Virus record (IMG/VR): IMGVR_UViG_3300031111_000008
Location: 1-64,000 of that record
Length of the DNA: 64,000 nt
Source of the DNA: a virus
Reading direction: 5' to 3' (one strand)
Part shown: piece by piece, positions 48,468-57,940 of the stretch
How the letters are laid out: the number at the start of each line of letters is the position of its first letter
Numbering within the stretch: the first letter of the stretch is position 1
Position numbers and translations under genes: made by a program
Notes under the pieces: generated by a model
Told to the model about the DNA's origin: nothing
Database searches by the model: none
The model's input: the letters and a program-made list of their open reading frames with translations, nothing else

Positions 48468-48932
48468 ATGGCTGTTGATGACAAAATCCCTTTCAACACA
48501 AAAGTTCCCATTGTACTCTGTACTGAAACGTACAAGTTGTCAATTTGGCTGCGGGAAAAGATGGATTTGAGTAAGTACCGCTTCAACAAAAAGGTTGGTT
48601 TGACGAACGGCGCTTTAGATCCTTACGAGAAAAAGGAAAAACCTTTATCAGTTCCAATTTTGCAGAAGATTTCCAAGAGTTGTAAATGCTCTTTTTGGAT
48701 TAGTGGGAAGTTGGTAGTGCTGGTCAGTCCTCCCAAAACTCAGAAGTTTTTGCAGAAATATTCAGAATGTTTTATTCTGGCATACAAACACTCCCACTTC
48801 CTCTACGAGCATCTTACCGAAGTGGCAAATTGCTCAAACATATCCTTCTGGGTTGTGGCGGGACAGGTTGGAGTTTTGGGAGAAAAAGCTACCAGAGAAT
48901 TTCGAGAGAAGTACATTGCCAAAAAAACCTAA
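48468..48932 (+). CDS. hypothetical protein
   Basis: 154 aa ORF with internal partial duplication (SFW motif x2). Confidence 0.6.
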   Translation: MAVDDKIPFNTKVPIVLCTETYKLSIWLREKMDLSKYRFNKKVGLTNGALDPYEKKEKPLSVPILQKISKSCKCSFWISGKLVVLVSPPKTQKFLQKYSECFILAYKHSHFLYEHLTEVANCSNISFWVVAGQVGVLGEKATREFREKYIAKKT

Positions 48933-49728
48933 AGTCGAGATTGTACACGGCGATTGTTTGCGAGAGCTTCTGAAAATTCCTACGGGTTCCGTGGATTTGA
49001 TTTTTGCAGATCCTCCTTACAACATCGGCGTCGACTACGGGAAAGGCTGTTCGGCGGACAATCTACCTCTTCATTTATACCTTCGGTGGTGCGGAAGATG
49101 GATGCGACTATGCCGTGACGTTCTGAAGCCGTCTGGGACGTTTTGGGTAATGATCAATGATGAACACGCTGACTACTTTGGTATCATGCTTAGAAAGTTT
49201 GGATTCCATCGCAGATCTTGGGTGAAGTGGTATGAGACTTTTGGTGTAAACTGTACGAAGAAATTCAACAGGACGAGCAGACATCTTTTCTACTGCGTTA
49301 AGAATCCGAAAGCATTCACGTTCAACGCCGACGCTATTCGAGTTCCTTCGGCGCGACTAAAGAAATACAAAGACGCAAGAGCTAATCCAAAGGGCAAGCT
49401 ACCCGACGACGTGTGGGCAATCCCCCGCGTTGCCGGGACATTCAAGGAACGAGTAAAAGGAGCCAAAAACCAATTGCCTTTGGAGCTGTTGGAGAGGATT
49501 GTGGCTTGTTCTTCAAATCCCGGAGATTTAGTTCTCGATCCTTTTTTGGGGACGGGCACGACTGGAGTAGCAGCAATGGAGTATGGGAGAAAGTTTGTAG
49601 GGATCGATAGTAGTAAAGAGTTTGTCGAAATCGCTAAAGGAAGAATTTTAGAATGGGGACTGGAAACATTTGCGACTAAGGGCGGCTGGTTTCCGTGCGA
49701 GGAGATTACCCCCGGTGGAAGTGCTTGA
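48916..49728 (+). CDS. DNA N6-adenine/N4-cytosine methyltransferase (beta class)
   Basis: GDC, DPPY, DVW, LDPFLGTGTT, GID. Confidence 0.92.
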   Translation: MPKKPKVEIVHGDCLRELLKIPTGSVDLIFADPPYNIGVDYGKGCSADNLPLHLYLRWCGRWMRLCRDVLKPSGTFWVMINDEHADYFGIMLRKFGFHRRSWVKWYETFGVNCTKKFNRTSRHLFYCVKNPKAFTFNADAIRVPSARLKKYKDARANPKGKLPDDVWAIPRVAGTFKERVKGAKNQLPLELLERIVACSSNPGDLVLDPFLGTGTTGVAAMEYGRKFVGIDSSKEFVEIAKGRILEWGLETFATKGGWFPCEEITPGGSA

Positions 49729-49817
49729 AGAACTGGCGAACTGGCCGGAAGGCCAAGCGGATATTGCTGGCGTGCTAAACCGTCATCTAGTAATAGAAAA
49801 GGAAGGGAGTTGCCAAG

Positions 49818-50147
49818 ATGAGAAGACCAAGCATCACTAAACCGCAAGCTGACAAAATCTGGAATCTTTGGCAGCAAGGAATTCCCATTAGAAAGATCTC
49901 CAGGGATCTGGATCTTTGCCGGAGATCGGTTCAAAGGTTTATAAATGAGAGATGTTTTCCAGAAGGAAAGAAGTCCAAAAATAAAGTTGCGAATAAACCA
50001 CCAACAAAAAAGGAGAAGCACGTTCTGCCACCAGACAGAAGTGCTGAGGTTGTGTGGTGCAAAGCCTGTAGCGCTTACGTCTACCCTCCTTGCCTCGCTT
50101 GTCAAATACGATCAATAAAAGAGAGGAACAACCGTGAAAAATTTTGA
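49818..50147 (+). CDS. HTH protein with C-terminal Zn finger
   Basis: IRKISRDLDLCRRSVQR; CKAC...PCLAC. Confidence 0.7.
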   Translation: MRRPSITKPQADKIWNLWQQGIPIRKISRDLDLCRRSVQRFINERCFPEGKKSKNKVANKPPTKKEKHVLPPDRSAEVVWCKACSAYVYPPCLACQIRSIKERNNREKF

Positions 50148-50433
50148 ACTGGTAGGAGTAAGGTTCAATTGTTTGACGGGAAAACCCAGTGTCGTGGTGT
50201 GTGGGGTTACTTTGGAGAAGAGCATTCTTTTAGGACCGTGGATCCGAGTTCACGGCGGAGTGACTGGACACGAATCGTTTTGTTTGGGAGGCAAATCCGC
50301 AGCGGACCTCAAAAGTATGACAACCTTTGGTTGGCACGCTTGCGCAGGAACTCCCGGAAGATGGGATGCGCTATTTTTTCACGGGTTACAAATGGCAAAA
50401 CTTTTCAAGGATATGGGGATAGATGATGATTGA
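50134..50433 (+). CDS. hypothetical protein
   Basis: GAGGA RBS, GTG start. Confidence 0.55.
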   Translation: MKNFELVGVRFNCLTGKPSVVVCGVTLEKSILLGPWIRVHGGVTGHESFCLGGKSAADLKSMTTFGWHACAGTPGRWDALFFHGLQMAKLFKDMGIDDD

Positions 50434-51010
50434 GAAATCTCATTGTTATGGAGATGAACATTGGATACAAACTTTCACGGGCAGAAAGTTCTGGCCATTG
50501 GATCCAAAACCTGAAGATGTTTTTATCGAAGACATTGCACATTCCCTCTCGTTGACTTGCAGGTTTGGTGGGCACGTTAAGGAATTCTATTCCGTTGCCC
50601 AGCATTCCGTTCTCGTTTCCGAGTGCTGCATGTCCCAGAAAAAGTGGGGGTTGCTGCACGACGCGGCGGAAGCGTACCTAGCAGATATTTGTAAACCAAT
50701 CAAACCCTACATGAACGGCTTTGCGGATTTTGAGGAAGATGTGCTAATAGCTGTTTCGGAAAGGTTTGGGTTGACATATCCCATTCCCACTTCCGTCCAT
50801 CTTCGGGATTTGCAAATGTTAGCCACGGAGCAAGCCCATCTGATGGATGCCGGATTGGATTGGGTAGGTTTGGGTTCGGTATGTCCTATTGAGAATTTGA
50901 ATATCGAACCTTGGCATTCTAGTTCTGCTGAGATGAGTTTTCTGTCTGCGTTCGAGCGTTTGTTTGGGCGCGCGGAAGATGTTGAAAACTGTTTAAGTGA
51001 CGTTCTTTAA
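50423..51010 (+). CDS. HD-domain nucleotidase (YfbR-like)
   Basis: IQTFTG, DIAHSLS..CRFGGH, YSVAQHS, LLHDAAEAY. Confidence 0.9.
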   Translation: MMIEKSHCYGDEHWIQTFTGRKFWPLDPKPEDVFIEDIAHSLSLTCRFGGHVKEFYSVAQHSVLVSECCMSQKKWGLLHDAAEAYLADICKPIKPYMNGFADFEEDVLIAVSERFGLTYPIPTSVHLRDLQMLATEQAHLMDAGLDWVGLGSVCPIENLNIEPWHSSSAEMSFLSAFERLFGRAEDVENCLSDVL

Positions 51011-51239
51011 GGAGATAGGCGTGAAAGTCTCAACTCTTTTTTGGTTTTTTCTGGGCGGTATTTTTTTCTTGGCGGCTACGGCGATTCCGTTATTTGCTCA
51101 ATATATGTATGTTTGTGGACCCGAATGGCTGCGGCATGGGGAGCCTGTTGGACTTGCTATTTCCAGCTTGTTGGGATTCGCACTGACTGTGGTGTGTGGA
51201 GGAATTTGCATTTCTTTGGGTGATAAGTCGATAAAATGA
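50997..51239 (+). CDS. small two-TM membrane protein
   Basis: Two hydrophobic segments; likely GTG start at 51021. Confidence 0.6.
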   Translation: MTFFKEIGVKVSTLFWFFLGGIFFLAATAIPLFAQYMYVCGPEWLRHGEPVGLAISSLLGFALTVVCGGICISLGDKSIK

Positions 51240-51307
51240 TGGTTATCCGAGTGTGCAGAAGTTTGAAGCTAGCATTTTGATTCTAAAGATGGTAAGATGA
51301 ACCATAC

Positions 51308-51382
51308 GCCCCCGGCGCGGAAAACTCTTGGCTGTTCTTTCAGCCGCTAGCTTTGTCCAACCGCGCCGGGGGTTTTCTTTTT
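51308..51382 (+). terminator. 12-13 bp stem with 40-nt structured loop and T-tract
   Basis: CCCCCGGCGCGG/CCGCGCCGGGGG then TTTTCTTTTT. Confidence 0.7.
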
Positions 51383-51393
51383 GGGATGAAGCT

Positions 51394-51639
51394 ATGATGA
51401 CCCGAGTAGAATGTTTGAAAAGAGAGTTAGCAGCGTTACAGGAGCTTGGGATAGAGACTCCCGAGGAGGAGAAGGAATTCCGCAAGCTGATGGACGAACA
51501 CAACCAGCTAACGGGACGGCGGGATGTGCGGCAGAATATGATCAGGCAGAAACATTCAGAATCGCCTAGCGCAAGTGGGAGGTATCGCTACGAACATTTG
51601 AAGGATAAAGGAATGCATAAAACTTTTGGCGATCATTGA
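51394..51639 (+). CDS. hypothetical protein
   Basis: ORF after hairpin. Confidence 0.55.
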   Translation: MMTRVECLKRELAALQELGIETPEEEKEFRKLMDEHNQLTGRRDVRQNMIRQKHSESPSASGRYRYEHLKDKGMHKTFGDH

Positions 51640-51663
51640 TCTCGTAGAGTGGGAGAGTTGATT

Positions 51664-52101
51664 ATGTCTCGTGAAAGCAACCATCTACAACGATACATTG
51701 CGGAGAGTTTGGCCGAACGGGAAGCTTGCCGAAAGTGGATTCGAGAAGCGGAAGCACGTTCGCCGTGGATCACCGTGACCGAACGTGATTGGGAACAGTT
51801 TGGTCACATGCCGGTAGGAGAATGGTTGATGGATAACCCGACCGACGACGAAGATCCTCGTGATGACTGGGAGGATTCTTGGGACGAGGAAATCTACGAC
51901 TATTGTTCCCACTGCGGAAGGATGTTCGACATCATTGGAGGATGCTCTTGTAACAACGAAGAGTTTGAAGAAGCATGTCTTCTTGACGATTGGTATGAAG
52001 AAACCATCGAAGAGTATGGAGACAGGAGGTATCCAATGGCACATGTACGGGCGGCTAGGGAATACTTAGAAAGAAAAGGAGATTACAAATGTATCCCATA
52101 G
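51664..52101 (+). CDS. acidic hypothetical protein
   Basis: GGGAG RBS; CSHC...CSC. Confidence 0.6.
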   Translation: MSRESNHLQRYIAESLAEREACRKWIREAEARSPWITVTERDWEQFGHMPVGEWLMDNPTDDEDPRDDWEDSWDEEIYDYCSHCGRMFDIIGGCSCNNEEFEEACLLDDWYEETIEEYGDRRYPMAHVRAAREYLERKGDYKCIP

Positions 52102-52334
52102 AATTTCCAGAACAGAATTGTGTGTATGCGGAGAACCAGAATAAGTATTTTAGTCTTCCTTCCCACGAGACAGAGGAAGGCGAAGTGATCTCGTGCTGGA
52201 AATTTTCATGGAAGGAACGCTTGCGGGTGTTGTTTAGTGGAAAACTGTGGCTGCATCAGCTTTCCTTCGGCTCGCCGTTGCAGCCGCAGCTGCCGGAAGT
52301 CGTTAGCCCGTTTGAGAAGGGAGAACCAAAATGA
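52089..52334 (+). CDS. conserved phage hypothetical protein
   Basis: M.P.EFPEQN...LP...SCW..SW.ERL. Confidence 0.7.
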   Translation: MYPIEFPEQNCVYAENQNKYFSLPSHETEEGEVISCWKFSWKERLRVLFSGKLWLHQLSFGSPLQPQLPEVVSPFEKGEPK

Positions 52335-52497
52335 CCGTTAGAAAACTGGCTTCAGTATTTGGGGTTTTGTTTGGACTCTGGGTGTCGAGCATCGGAATCG
52401 GCTACGTGCTAGCCTCATTCACATTCTGGATGTGGCCAGAGTTGCTCTATCCAGCAGCCATGATGTGCATGAAGTATTGGTGTTGACAACGAGCAGC

Positions 52498-52572
52498 GGG
52501 ATAGAGTTGGACGAGGAGTATTTCCAGATAGCCAAAGAGAGGTTGGAGAAATGTTCAGAACAAAATGCTTGA
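52498..52572 (+). pseudogene. C-terminal remnant of a DNA methyltransferase
   Basis: Translates GIELDEEYFQIAKERLEK, the typical MTase C-terminal helix. Confidence 0.65.
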
Positions 52573-52961
52573 TCGTCTTGCTGCTCGTCTCGTTTATCGG
52601 GTGTGGGGATAGCAAGCAGACCATCATCACCGTCTACGAATCCGAGATGCAAGAATTGACAAGACTGTGTTTGCATCAGTCTGCTATCGAGATCGAGGCG
52701 GATGATGAGATCCGTCAGATTGCCCGAGAGGTGGATGAGATCAACGATCAGTTTAGAGTTTTTAGTATTAACATGTCCAAAGGTGAGTTTGCTTCATTCA
52801 AAGAGAGAGCCTTTCCCGAGCGGGAGAAGCTGCAGGCTGAAATGTACACACTCGAAATCCGTAAGCGGGCGCAGATGAAGAAGTCCCAAGCCGCCATCGA
52901 CAAGCAGGCGGAACGGGTGGCTGTGGCCAAGGCAAAGAGGGATAAGGTTTTGGGATATTGA
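52551..52961 (+). CDS. putative lipoprotein
   Basis: Signal peptide ending FIG-C; coiled coil. Confidence 0.7.
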   Translation: MFRTKCLIVLLLVSFIGCGDSKQTIITVYESEMQELTRLCLHQSAIEIEADDEIRQIAREVDEINDQFRVFSINMSKGEFASFKERAFPEREKLQAEMYTLEIRKRAQMKKSQAAIDKQAERVAVAKAKRDKVLGY

Positions 52962-52963
52962 TC

Positions 52964-52992
52964 TTGACAGGGTGCTGGCATAGAAGTAGGGT
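52964..52992 (+). promoter_or_regulatory. sigma70-type promoter for replication operon
   Basis: TTGACA-17 bp-TAGGGT. Confidence 0.55.
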
Positions 52993-52999
52993 GGCGGGC

Positions 53000-53096
53000 G
53001 GAACCAAGGAGTGATCGATGAAAAATATTCCCCCAACCCAGCAAAGTCTCAGTCTCTCTGGCTGGCTCCTTTGGTTCCACTGGGTTGGGGGTTTTT
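53000..53096 (+). promoter_or_regulatory. leader with interleaved helices (attenuator/pseudoknot) ending in terminator
   Basis: 53000-53011 pairs with 53066-53078; 53030-53041 pairs with 53080-53091; then TTTTT. Confidence 0.7.
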
Positions 53097-53114
53097 CTAT
53101 TTGTGGGGTGAGAG

Positions 53115-53717
53115 ATGATTGCAAAGAAACCATCTTCCAAATCATCATTTTCGTGCTGGATCATTCCGAAAAAGGTAATTGTTGCATATCAGAAGGAGAA
53201 GTTGATATACAAAGACGTTTTGGTTTACGCTGCTTTTGAAAATCGTGTAGACGAAGAAATTCCGATGTGGGATTTAGCAGTAGCCATAACGAATGACGTG
53301 CGGCTAGATTTCAATGATGTTTGTTTATCCATAGAAGATTTGTGCGACCAAGGTTTTATAGATGACTTGTATTTCAACAATCTGGTTGACAGTTTTGGAA
53401 ATGAGCCTCTTCTTAATCCTGATTTTAGGCAGCTCATTGTGGCAAGAAACATCCGAGAGATGGAAGAGAAAGAACGGCTTCATCCTAGTCCTGTCCCACC
53501 GCCGAGAAAATCTCTTTCTCCAGGAGAACGAACAGTAGTTTTTGAAAGGGATAAATATCGTTGTGTGAGGTGTGGTACTTGGAAAGATCTCGCAGTGGAT
53601 CATGTTGTCCCAAGAATCAAAGGCGGCACAAACGATCTAGATAATTTGCAAACCCTGTGCAAATCTTGCAATTCAAAAAAGGGTACGAAGACAAAACTTT
53701 ATCGGAAAGGTTCCTAA
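53115..53717 (+). CDS. HNH endonuclease domain protein
   Basis: RD.Y.CVRC...DHVVP..KGG.N...NLQTLC..CN..K. Confidence 0.9.
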   Translation: MIAKKPSSKSSFSCWIIPKKVIVAYQKEKLIYKDVLVYAAFENRVDEEIPMWDLAVAITNDVRLDFNDVCLSIEDLCDQGFIDDLYFNNLVDSFGNEPLLNPDFRQLIVARNIREMEEKERLHPSPVPPPRKSLSPGERTVVFERDKYRCVRCGTWKDLAVDHVVPRIKGGTNDLDNLQTLCKSCNSKKGTKTKLYRKGS

Positions 53718-53718
53718 A

Positions 53719-54840
53719 ATGTCCGAAGAAAATGGGAATGGAACCGAGGGGGTTTTTCAAGGTTTCGAGAAACCAAAAAGCAACTATTCAAAACTTCCAC
53801 ACGATTGGTTTCCGTACATCGCAAAAATGCAGCTTTCTGAATTGAAAGTAATGCTGTACATCCTTCGGCATACTTGGGGATTCAGCGAGTATGGAAAACC
53901 AAAACGGATTTCCTTGGATGAATTTGCCAACGGAAGATGGAAGAAAGACAGCACCAGAATGGATTGTGGTACTGGAATGTCGAAGTCGTCGGTGCGGGAA
54001 GGACTCCAAAAAGCAGTGGAGCACGGGTTCCTAGTCGTGGTGAAAAAGAGAGGTAAGAACAATTCTCCAGAGCATTCTTACTGTCTAAATGTGCTGGGAA
54101 CAAACCCCCCATCCACTGTAGTAGAATTCGGCACAGGTGTACTGAATTCCGATACACCGAAAACTGAATTCCGATACACCTCAGTACTAGAAAGAAACTT
54201 AGGAAAGAAACTTGGCAGAAAGTCGGACCCTGAAGGAACCGACAGCATGTGTGTTTCTGGCGATTCTCCCAACAAGTCTTCTGGAAATTTTAGAGAAGGT
54301 AAATTTTCTGGTAATTCTAATAATGGATCTTCTGGAAAAGGAAATAAGAAGGTTCCTACTTCTTGGGATTTGAAAGTAGCTAAGAAACTTCATAGTATTG
54401 TTTCTTCTCATATCAAAGTAAATGCAAAATCAAATATTCGGGAATGGGCAAACCACATCCGAATTTTGCGTGAGCATTACGAGGTAGACAAAGAAGACAT
54501 CATCACAGCATTGAAATGGTATTCTAGAAATATTGGAAAAGAGTATGTTGTTGAAGCGTTTTCTGGAAAAGCGTTCAAAGAGAAGTTTGTGAACGGACAA
54601 TTCAAACGAGCCTTCAACGAGGATGGTGGAGATGTCGAAGAACATCACAACCCCGAAATCGAAATTCAAGATCCGAAAACGGGAAAATGGCACAAGCGAG
54701 AAAAGCTCGATAAGTACAGAAGTGAATTTTTGAGAACTCATGGTCCCAGAATGATGAACCAAAAAGAGCTAAACGAGATTTTGGAAAAACACGGAATGGA
54801 ACCAGACAGCATTTCCTACAAAGCTGTGAATCAGGCGTAA
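53719..54840 (+). CDS. phage replication initiator (O/Rep-like, N-terminal HTH)
   Basis: NYSKLP, ELKV.LYILRHTWGF, ISL..F, TGMS.SSV..GL; upstream of DnaB. Confidence 0.8.
   Translation: MSEENGNGTEGVFQGFEKPKSNYSKLPHDWFPYIAKMQLSELKVMLYILRHTWGFSEYGKPKRISLDEFANGRWKKDSTRMDCGTGMSKSSVREGLQKAVEHGFLVVVKKRGKNNSPEHSYCLNVLGTNPPSTVVEFGTGVLNSDTPKTEFRYTSVLERNLGKKLGRKSDPEGTDSMCVSGDSPNKSSGNFREGKFSGNSNNGSSGKGNKKVPTSWDLKVAKKLHSIVSSHIKVNAKSNIREWANHIRILREHYEVDKEDIITALKWYSRNIGKEYVVEAFSGKAFKEKFVNGQFKRAFNEDGGDVEEHHNPEIEIQDPKTGKWHKREKLDKYRSEFLRTHGPRMMNQKELNEILEKHGMEPDSISYKAVNQA
54121..54345. other. putative replication origin (iterons plus AT-rich tract) inside initiator gene
   Basis: ACTGAATTCCGATACACC at 54141 and 54163; GAAAGAAACTT at 54190 and 54203; TTCTGGWAA x3 in AT-rich 54270-54345. 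Confidence 0.6.
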
Positions 54841-54858
54841 TCATGGAAATACCAAAAC

Positions 54859-56229
54859 ATGAAAATCAAAAAGTTCAATCTTCAAAAAGCAAACTATGTG
54901 CTTGCTGGAATGATTTTGGATCCCACGGTTTGCGCCAGGATTTCTTCAAAATGGAAAATCGAAGGTTTGTTCGGTGGCAGATGGCAAAATATCGTAGCCG
55001 GATGGGCAGTCAAGCATTTCAAGGAATATGGGGAAGTTCTTGGCCAGGAAAGTGTGGAAGTCAGATTCTCCGAATGGGCTGCGAAGTCGAAAAGCGAAGC
55101 CGCAATAAATTCGATGGAGGAATTTTTCTACCAGTTCGACCAGAACTACGTCGAAAAAGTCCAGGGGATGTCGTCAGAGTACCTCTTGGATTTGGCCGGT
55201 CAGATCTTCGAGCGAGTCCGAATTAGGAACACAATTGAGCAAACTCAGTTCGATCTCGATGAGGATAACGTCGAGAAGGCGTCCAGGAGGCTCGCTGAGA
55301 GCCTCAAAGTGGAATTAGGTGCTGGGAGTCTCTTCAAGCCTGCAAGCGACTACGAGCGATGGCAGGCGGCTTTTGACGCAGATCAGTCAGAACCGTTAAT
55401 TACGTATCCTGGGGCAATTGGGAAACATTTCGGGAGCGACTTCTCCCGTGATTCGTTCGTCTCGTTCATCGGCATCACGGGAATCGGGAAATCTTTCTTC
55501 CTCCTGGATGCCGCCTATAGGGCAGTGAGACAGCTAAGAAGGGTGGCTTTCTTCGAGTGCGGGGACATGTCCGAAAGCCAGCTGACGCGGCGGATGGGGC
55601 AGCGGGCATTGCGCCGTCCGAAGAAAAGTTGCGAAGTCAAACGTCCGCTTGGGTGGGACGGCGATGGTATTCTCGAAACTGAGGAAATGAGGTTGGAAGG
55701 AATTTCTCCTCAAGAGTCGTATCGTGAGTGGCGAAAGATTTCGAGGAAGAGGGATCTGTTGAGAGTTTCTTGCCATTCAAACATCTCAATAAATGCGGAA
55801 GGGATTAGTTCGATTGTCGAGGATTGGGCGAGGGAAGGTTGGTTGCCAGACTGCGTGATTTGCGACTACGCCGACATCCTTGCTCCTCCTCCAGGAATTC
55901 GAGAATATAGAGATCAGATAAACGCGACGTGGCAGAGGTTGAGGAGGCTGAGCCAGGATTTTCACTGTTTGGTTCTGACGGCTACGCAGGCCGACGCGGA
56001 GAGTTATGAGAAGGGGTTGTTGACATTGCGAAGTTTTACCAACGACAGAAGGAAGAACGATCACGTCACGGCGATGATAGGTTTGAATTCCAACGTCGAG
56101 GAAAAGGAGGAAGGAACTTATCGGATCAACTTCATCAAGCGGCGTGAGGACGAGTTTAGCGTAAAGCGGGTTTGCAAAGTGGCGGGATCGTTGGCGATGG
56201 GTTGTCCGATTTTGGTTTCGAGTTTTTGA
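54859..56229 (+). CDS. DnaB-like replicative helicase
   Basis: GITGIGKS, FFECGDM, ICDYADIL, LTATQ, K.R. Confidence 0.88.
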   Translation: MKIKKFNLQKANYVLAGMILDPTVCARISSKWKIEGLFGGRWQNIVAGWAVKHFKEYGEVLGQESVEVRFSEWAAKSKSEAAINSMEEFFYQFDQNYVEKVQGMSSEYLLDLAGQIFERVRIRNTIEQTQFDLDEDNVEKASRRLAESLKVELGAGSLFKPASDYERWQAAFDADQSEPLITYPGAIGKHFGSDFSRDSFVSFIGITGIGKSFFLLDAAYRAVRQLRRVAFFECGDMSESQLTRRMGQRALRRPKKSCEVKRPLGWDGDGILETEEMRLEGISPQESYREWRKISRKRDLLRVSCHSNISINAEGISSIVEDWAREGWLPDCVICDYADILAPPPGIREYRDQINATWQRLRRLSQDFHCLVLTATQADAESYEKGLLTLRSFTNDRRKNDHVTAMIGLNSNVEEKEEGTYRINFIKRREDEFSVKRVCKVAGSLAMGCPILVSSF

Positions 56230-56237
56230 AGGAGAAA

Positions 56238-56405
56238 ATGATGGGTCAGGAGTGGGAGATAAGCAATGTAAAAAAGGATGAGGATGGTTTGTATTTTGTT
56301 TTCAATTCAGCTAGAGGGAGATTTGTGGAGTGCATGGTGGAGTATGATGAAGAAATGGACGAGTTGATTGTGCGGGGAAATGATCACATCGTTGGAAAAA
56401 TTTAG
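56238..56405 (+). CDS. small hypothetical protein
   Basis: AAGGAG RBS. Confidence 0.55.
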   Translation: MMGQEWEISNVKKDEDGLYFVFNSARGRFVECMVEYDEEMDELIVRGNDHIVGKI

Positions 56406-56417
56406 AGAGGAGGATTT

Positions 56418-56753
56418 GTGAATCTAAAAGAATTGAGCGACTACCAGAAGGAAGTGATCGTAGTAGTGGCGGCTTTTCAGGAATTGTTGGATATGGGAAT
56501 CGTGGCTGGATGTTGTGCAGCATATCCCAAAGGGATGGCGTTGAGCGATCAGATTCGAGCGTCTGGATTTGAAGTTCCGGATGAAAACATCCCGGATATT
56601 CTCTACACGTTTTTTGGAGAAAGTCATGGGGGTTTTAGTCCCAAGGATTTCAACCATGTTTGTTTATTTACAAGATTAGTGATGAATGGAAAGCTGGATC
56701 GGGAGAAAGTGGAAGGTTTCAAAAAGGAATTTGGAAACGACTTTTTGCGTTGA
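56418..56753 (+). CDS. hypothetical protein
   Basis: GGAGG RBS, GTG start. Confidence 0.65.
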   Translation: MNLKELSDYQKEVIVVVAAFQELLDMGIVAGCCAAYPKGMALSDQIRASGFEVPDENIPDILYTFFGESHGGFSPKDFNHVCLFTRLVMNGKLDREKVEGFKKEFGNDFLR

Positions 56754-56778
56754 CGCGGCAAAGAATTTGTGGTAAGAT
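56750..56778 (+). promoter_or_regulatory. sigma70-type promoter heading the RNA island
   Basis: TTGACG-17 bp-TAAGAT with extended TG. Confidence 0.7.
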
Positions 56779-56841
56779 AGTTGGTGTGGATGAAAGCTGG
56801 AAATGAGTTTGTTACTCTGACATAACCAAGGGAGATCTGAA

Positions 56842-57717
56842 ATGGGTGTAGAGGTTTTGCTGGACGATGCTGTCGACATTTTGAAAGTCATGGGGAACGA
56901 GCAGGCGGGTAGGTGGAAGAAGGAGAGGGTTTGCAAGGAGTTTGACAAGCAGGTTTTGTTTGAGGAGTGGGACGACGAGCTGTTCAAGATGTATAAGTTC
57001 AACCGCCGACTCAAGCGGTTGCTCGTCAAGATTGCGGGGTTGGACGATGCTGATGAAGTTGAGATTATTGACAACACTGAGGATGCCGAGGACGACGTTA
57101 GTGAGCAGGAAGAGTTTGAGGATGGAACCGATGCGGAAGAGGAGGATGACGACGATTCCCTCGAAGACGATGATGAGGAGGATGACGATGAGAGCGAGGT
57201 CGGGTCGGACGTTGTGGATGATGGCGCTGAGGATGCTGATATCGATGGTGACAAAGATGATGAAGGGGAAGTAGAGGGAGCTACAGAAGGAGTCACCATT
57301 GGGGAGCATGTGATTTCGGTGGGCGATTGGGTGGAAGTGAACGATCCCGCCTATCCGGTGCCGTACAAGGGGCAGCTGAAGGAAATTCAGAATGAGAAGT
57401 ACGGCCTCGTCGTTACGGTGCATGACAAGGAGTGGGAGCAGGCGTTCGAGCACATGACTCCTTGTGCTGCTCCCAAGCGAGCCAAGAGCAAGCCGAAGCT
57501 CAATCGGCAGCAGTGCGTGATGAAGGTTTTGAAGGGACTGAAGAAACCTACGCCGATGGGTACGGTGCTGAAACTTTCTGACGAGGCTTTCGTCGATCAG
57601 GGAGGAAAGCGCAAGGGGAATGCGGATCAGGTGAAGAAGTACCTCGATACGATTTTGGAGGTTCTTGTTTACTTTGGGAAGGCAAAGGTTGAAGGGAAGA
57701 TGGTTTCCGTGAAGTGA
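56842..57717 (+). CDS. protein with highly acidic linker, SH3/KOW-like domain and basic winged-helix-like C-terminus
   Basis: D/E-rich central 90 aa; VGDWVEV; basic C-terminus. Confidence 0.8.
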   Translation: MGVEVLLDDAVDILKVMGNEQAGRWKKERVCKEFDKQVLFEEWDDELFKMYKFNRRLKRLLVKIAGLDDADEVEIIDNTEDAEDDVSEQEEFEDGTDAEEEDDDDSLEDDDEEDDDESEVGSDVVDDGAEDADIDGDKDDEGEVEGATEGVTIGEHVISVGDWVEVNDPAYPVPYKGQLKEIQNEKYGLVVTVHDKEWEQAFEHMTPCAAPKRAKSKPKLNRQQCVMKVLKGLKKPTPMGTVLKLSDEAFVDQGGKRKGNADQVKKYLDTILEVLVYFGKAKVEGKMVSVK

Positions 57718-57723
57718 TTGGTG

Positions 57724-57861
57724 GCAATCCCGTAGCAGAATTGGTAAATGCACACTAACAGGTGGAGAAGACCAGTGGCCCGACGTGGCCATCTCCAGAG
57801 CTACGCTGATTAAATATCGGGAGAAACTTCTCATTGCTGGTTCAAGTCCAGTCGGGGTTGC
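57724..57861 (+). ncRNA. tRNA-like RNA 1 (acceptor, D and T arms; 84-nt non-canonical centre)
   Basis: GCAATCCCG/CGGGGTTGC; TAGCAGAATTGGTAAATGC; GCTGG-TTCAAGT-CCAGT. Confidence 0.75.
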
Positions 57862-57888
57862 TTGAGTTTGTGGGGTTGTTTGTTGCGC

Positions 57889-57940
57889 GAGCCGGTTCCC
57901 GGTGTTTTGGCTCGATGGCATTCGCCGGGGGCCGGTTTTT
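57889..57940 (+). terminator. intrinsic terminator-like hairpin before csrA
   Basis: AGCCGGTTCCCGGTG/CGCCGGGGGCCGGTT then TTT. Confidence 0.65.

Noticed and set aside
57724-57861. tmRNA or intron-containing tRNA
   Set aside because: Too short for tmRNA, no tag ORF or Ala acceptor end (GGGG...CCA), and no group I intron core
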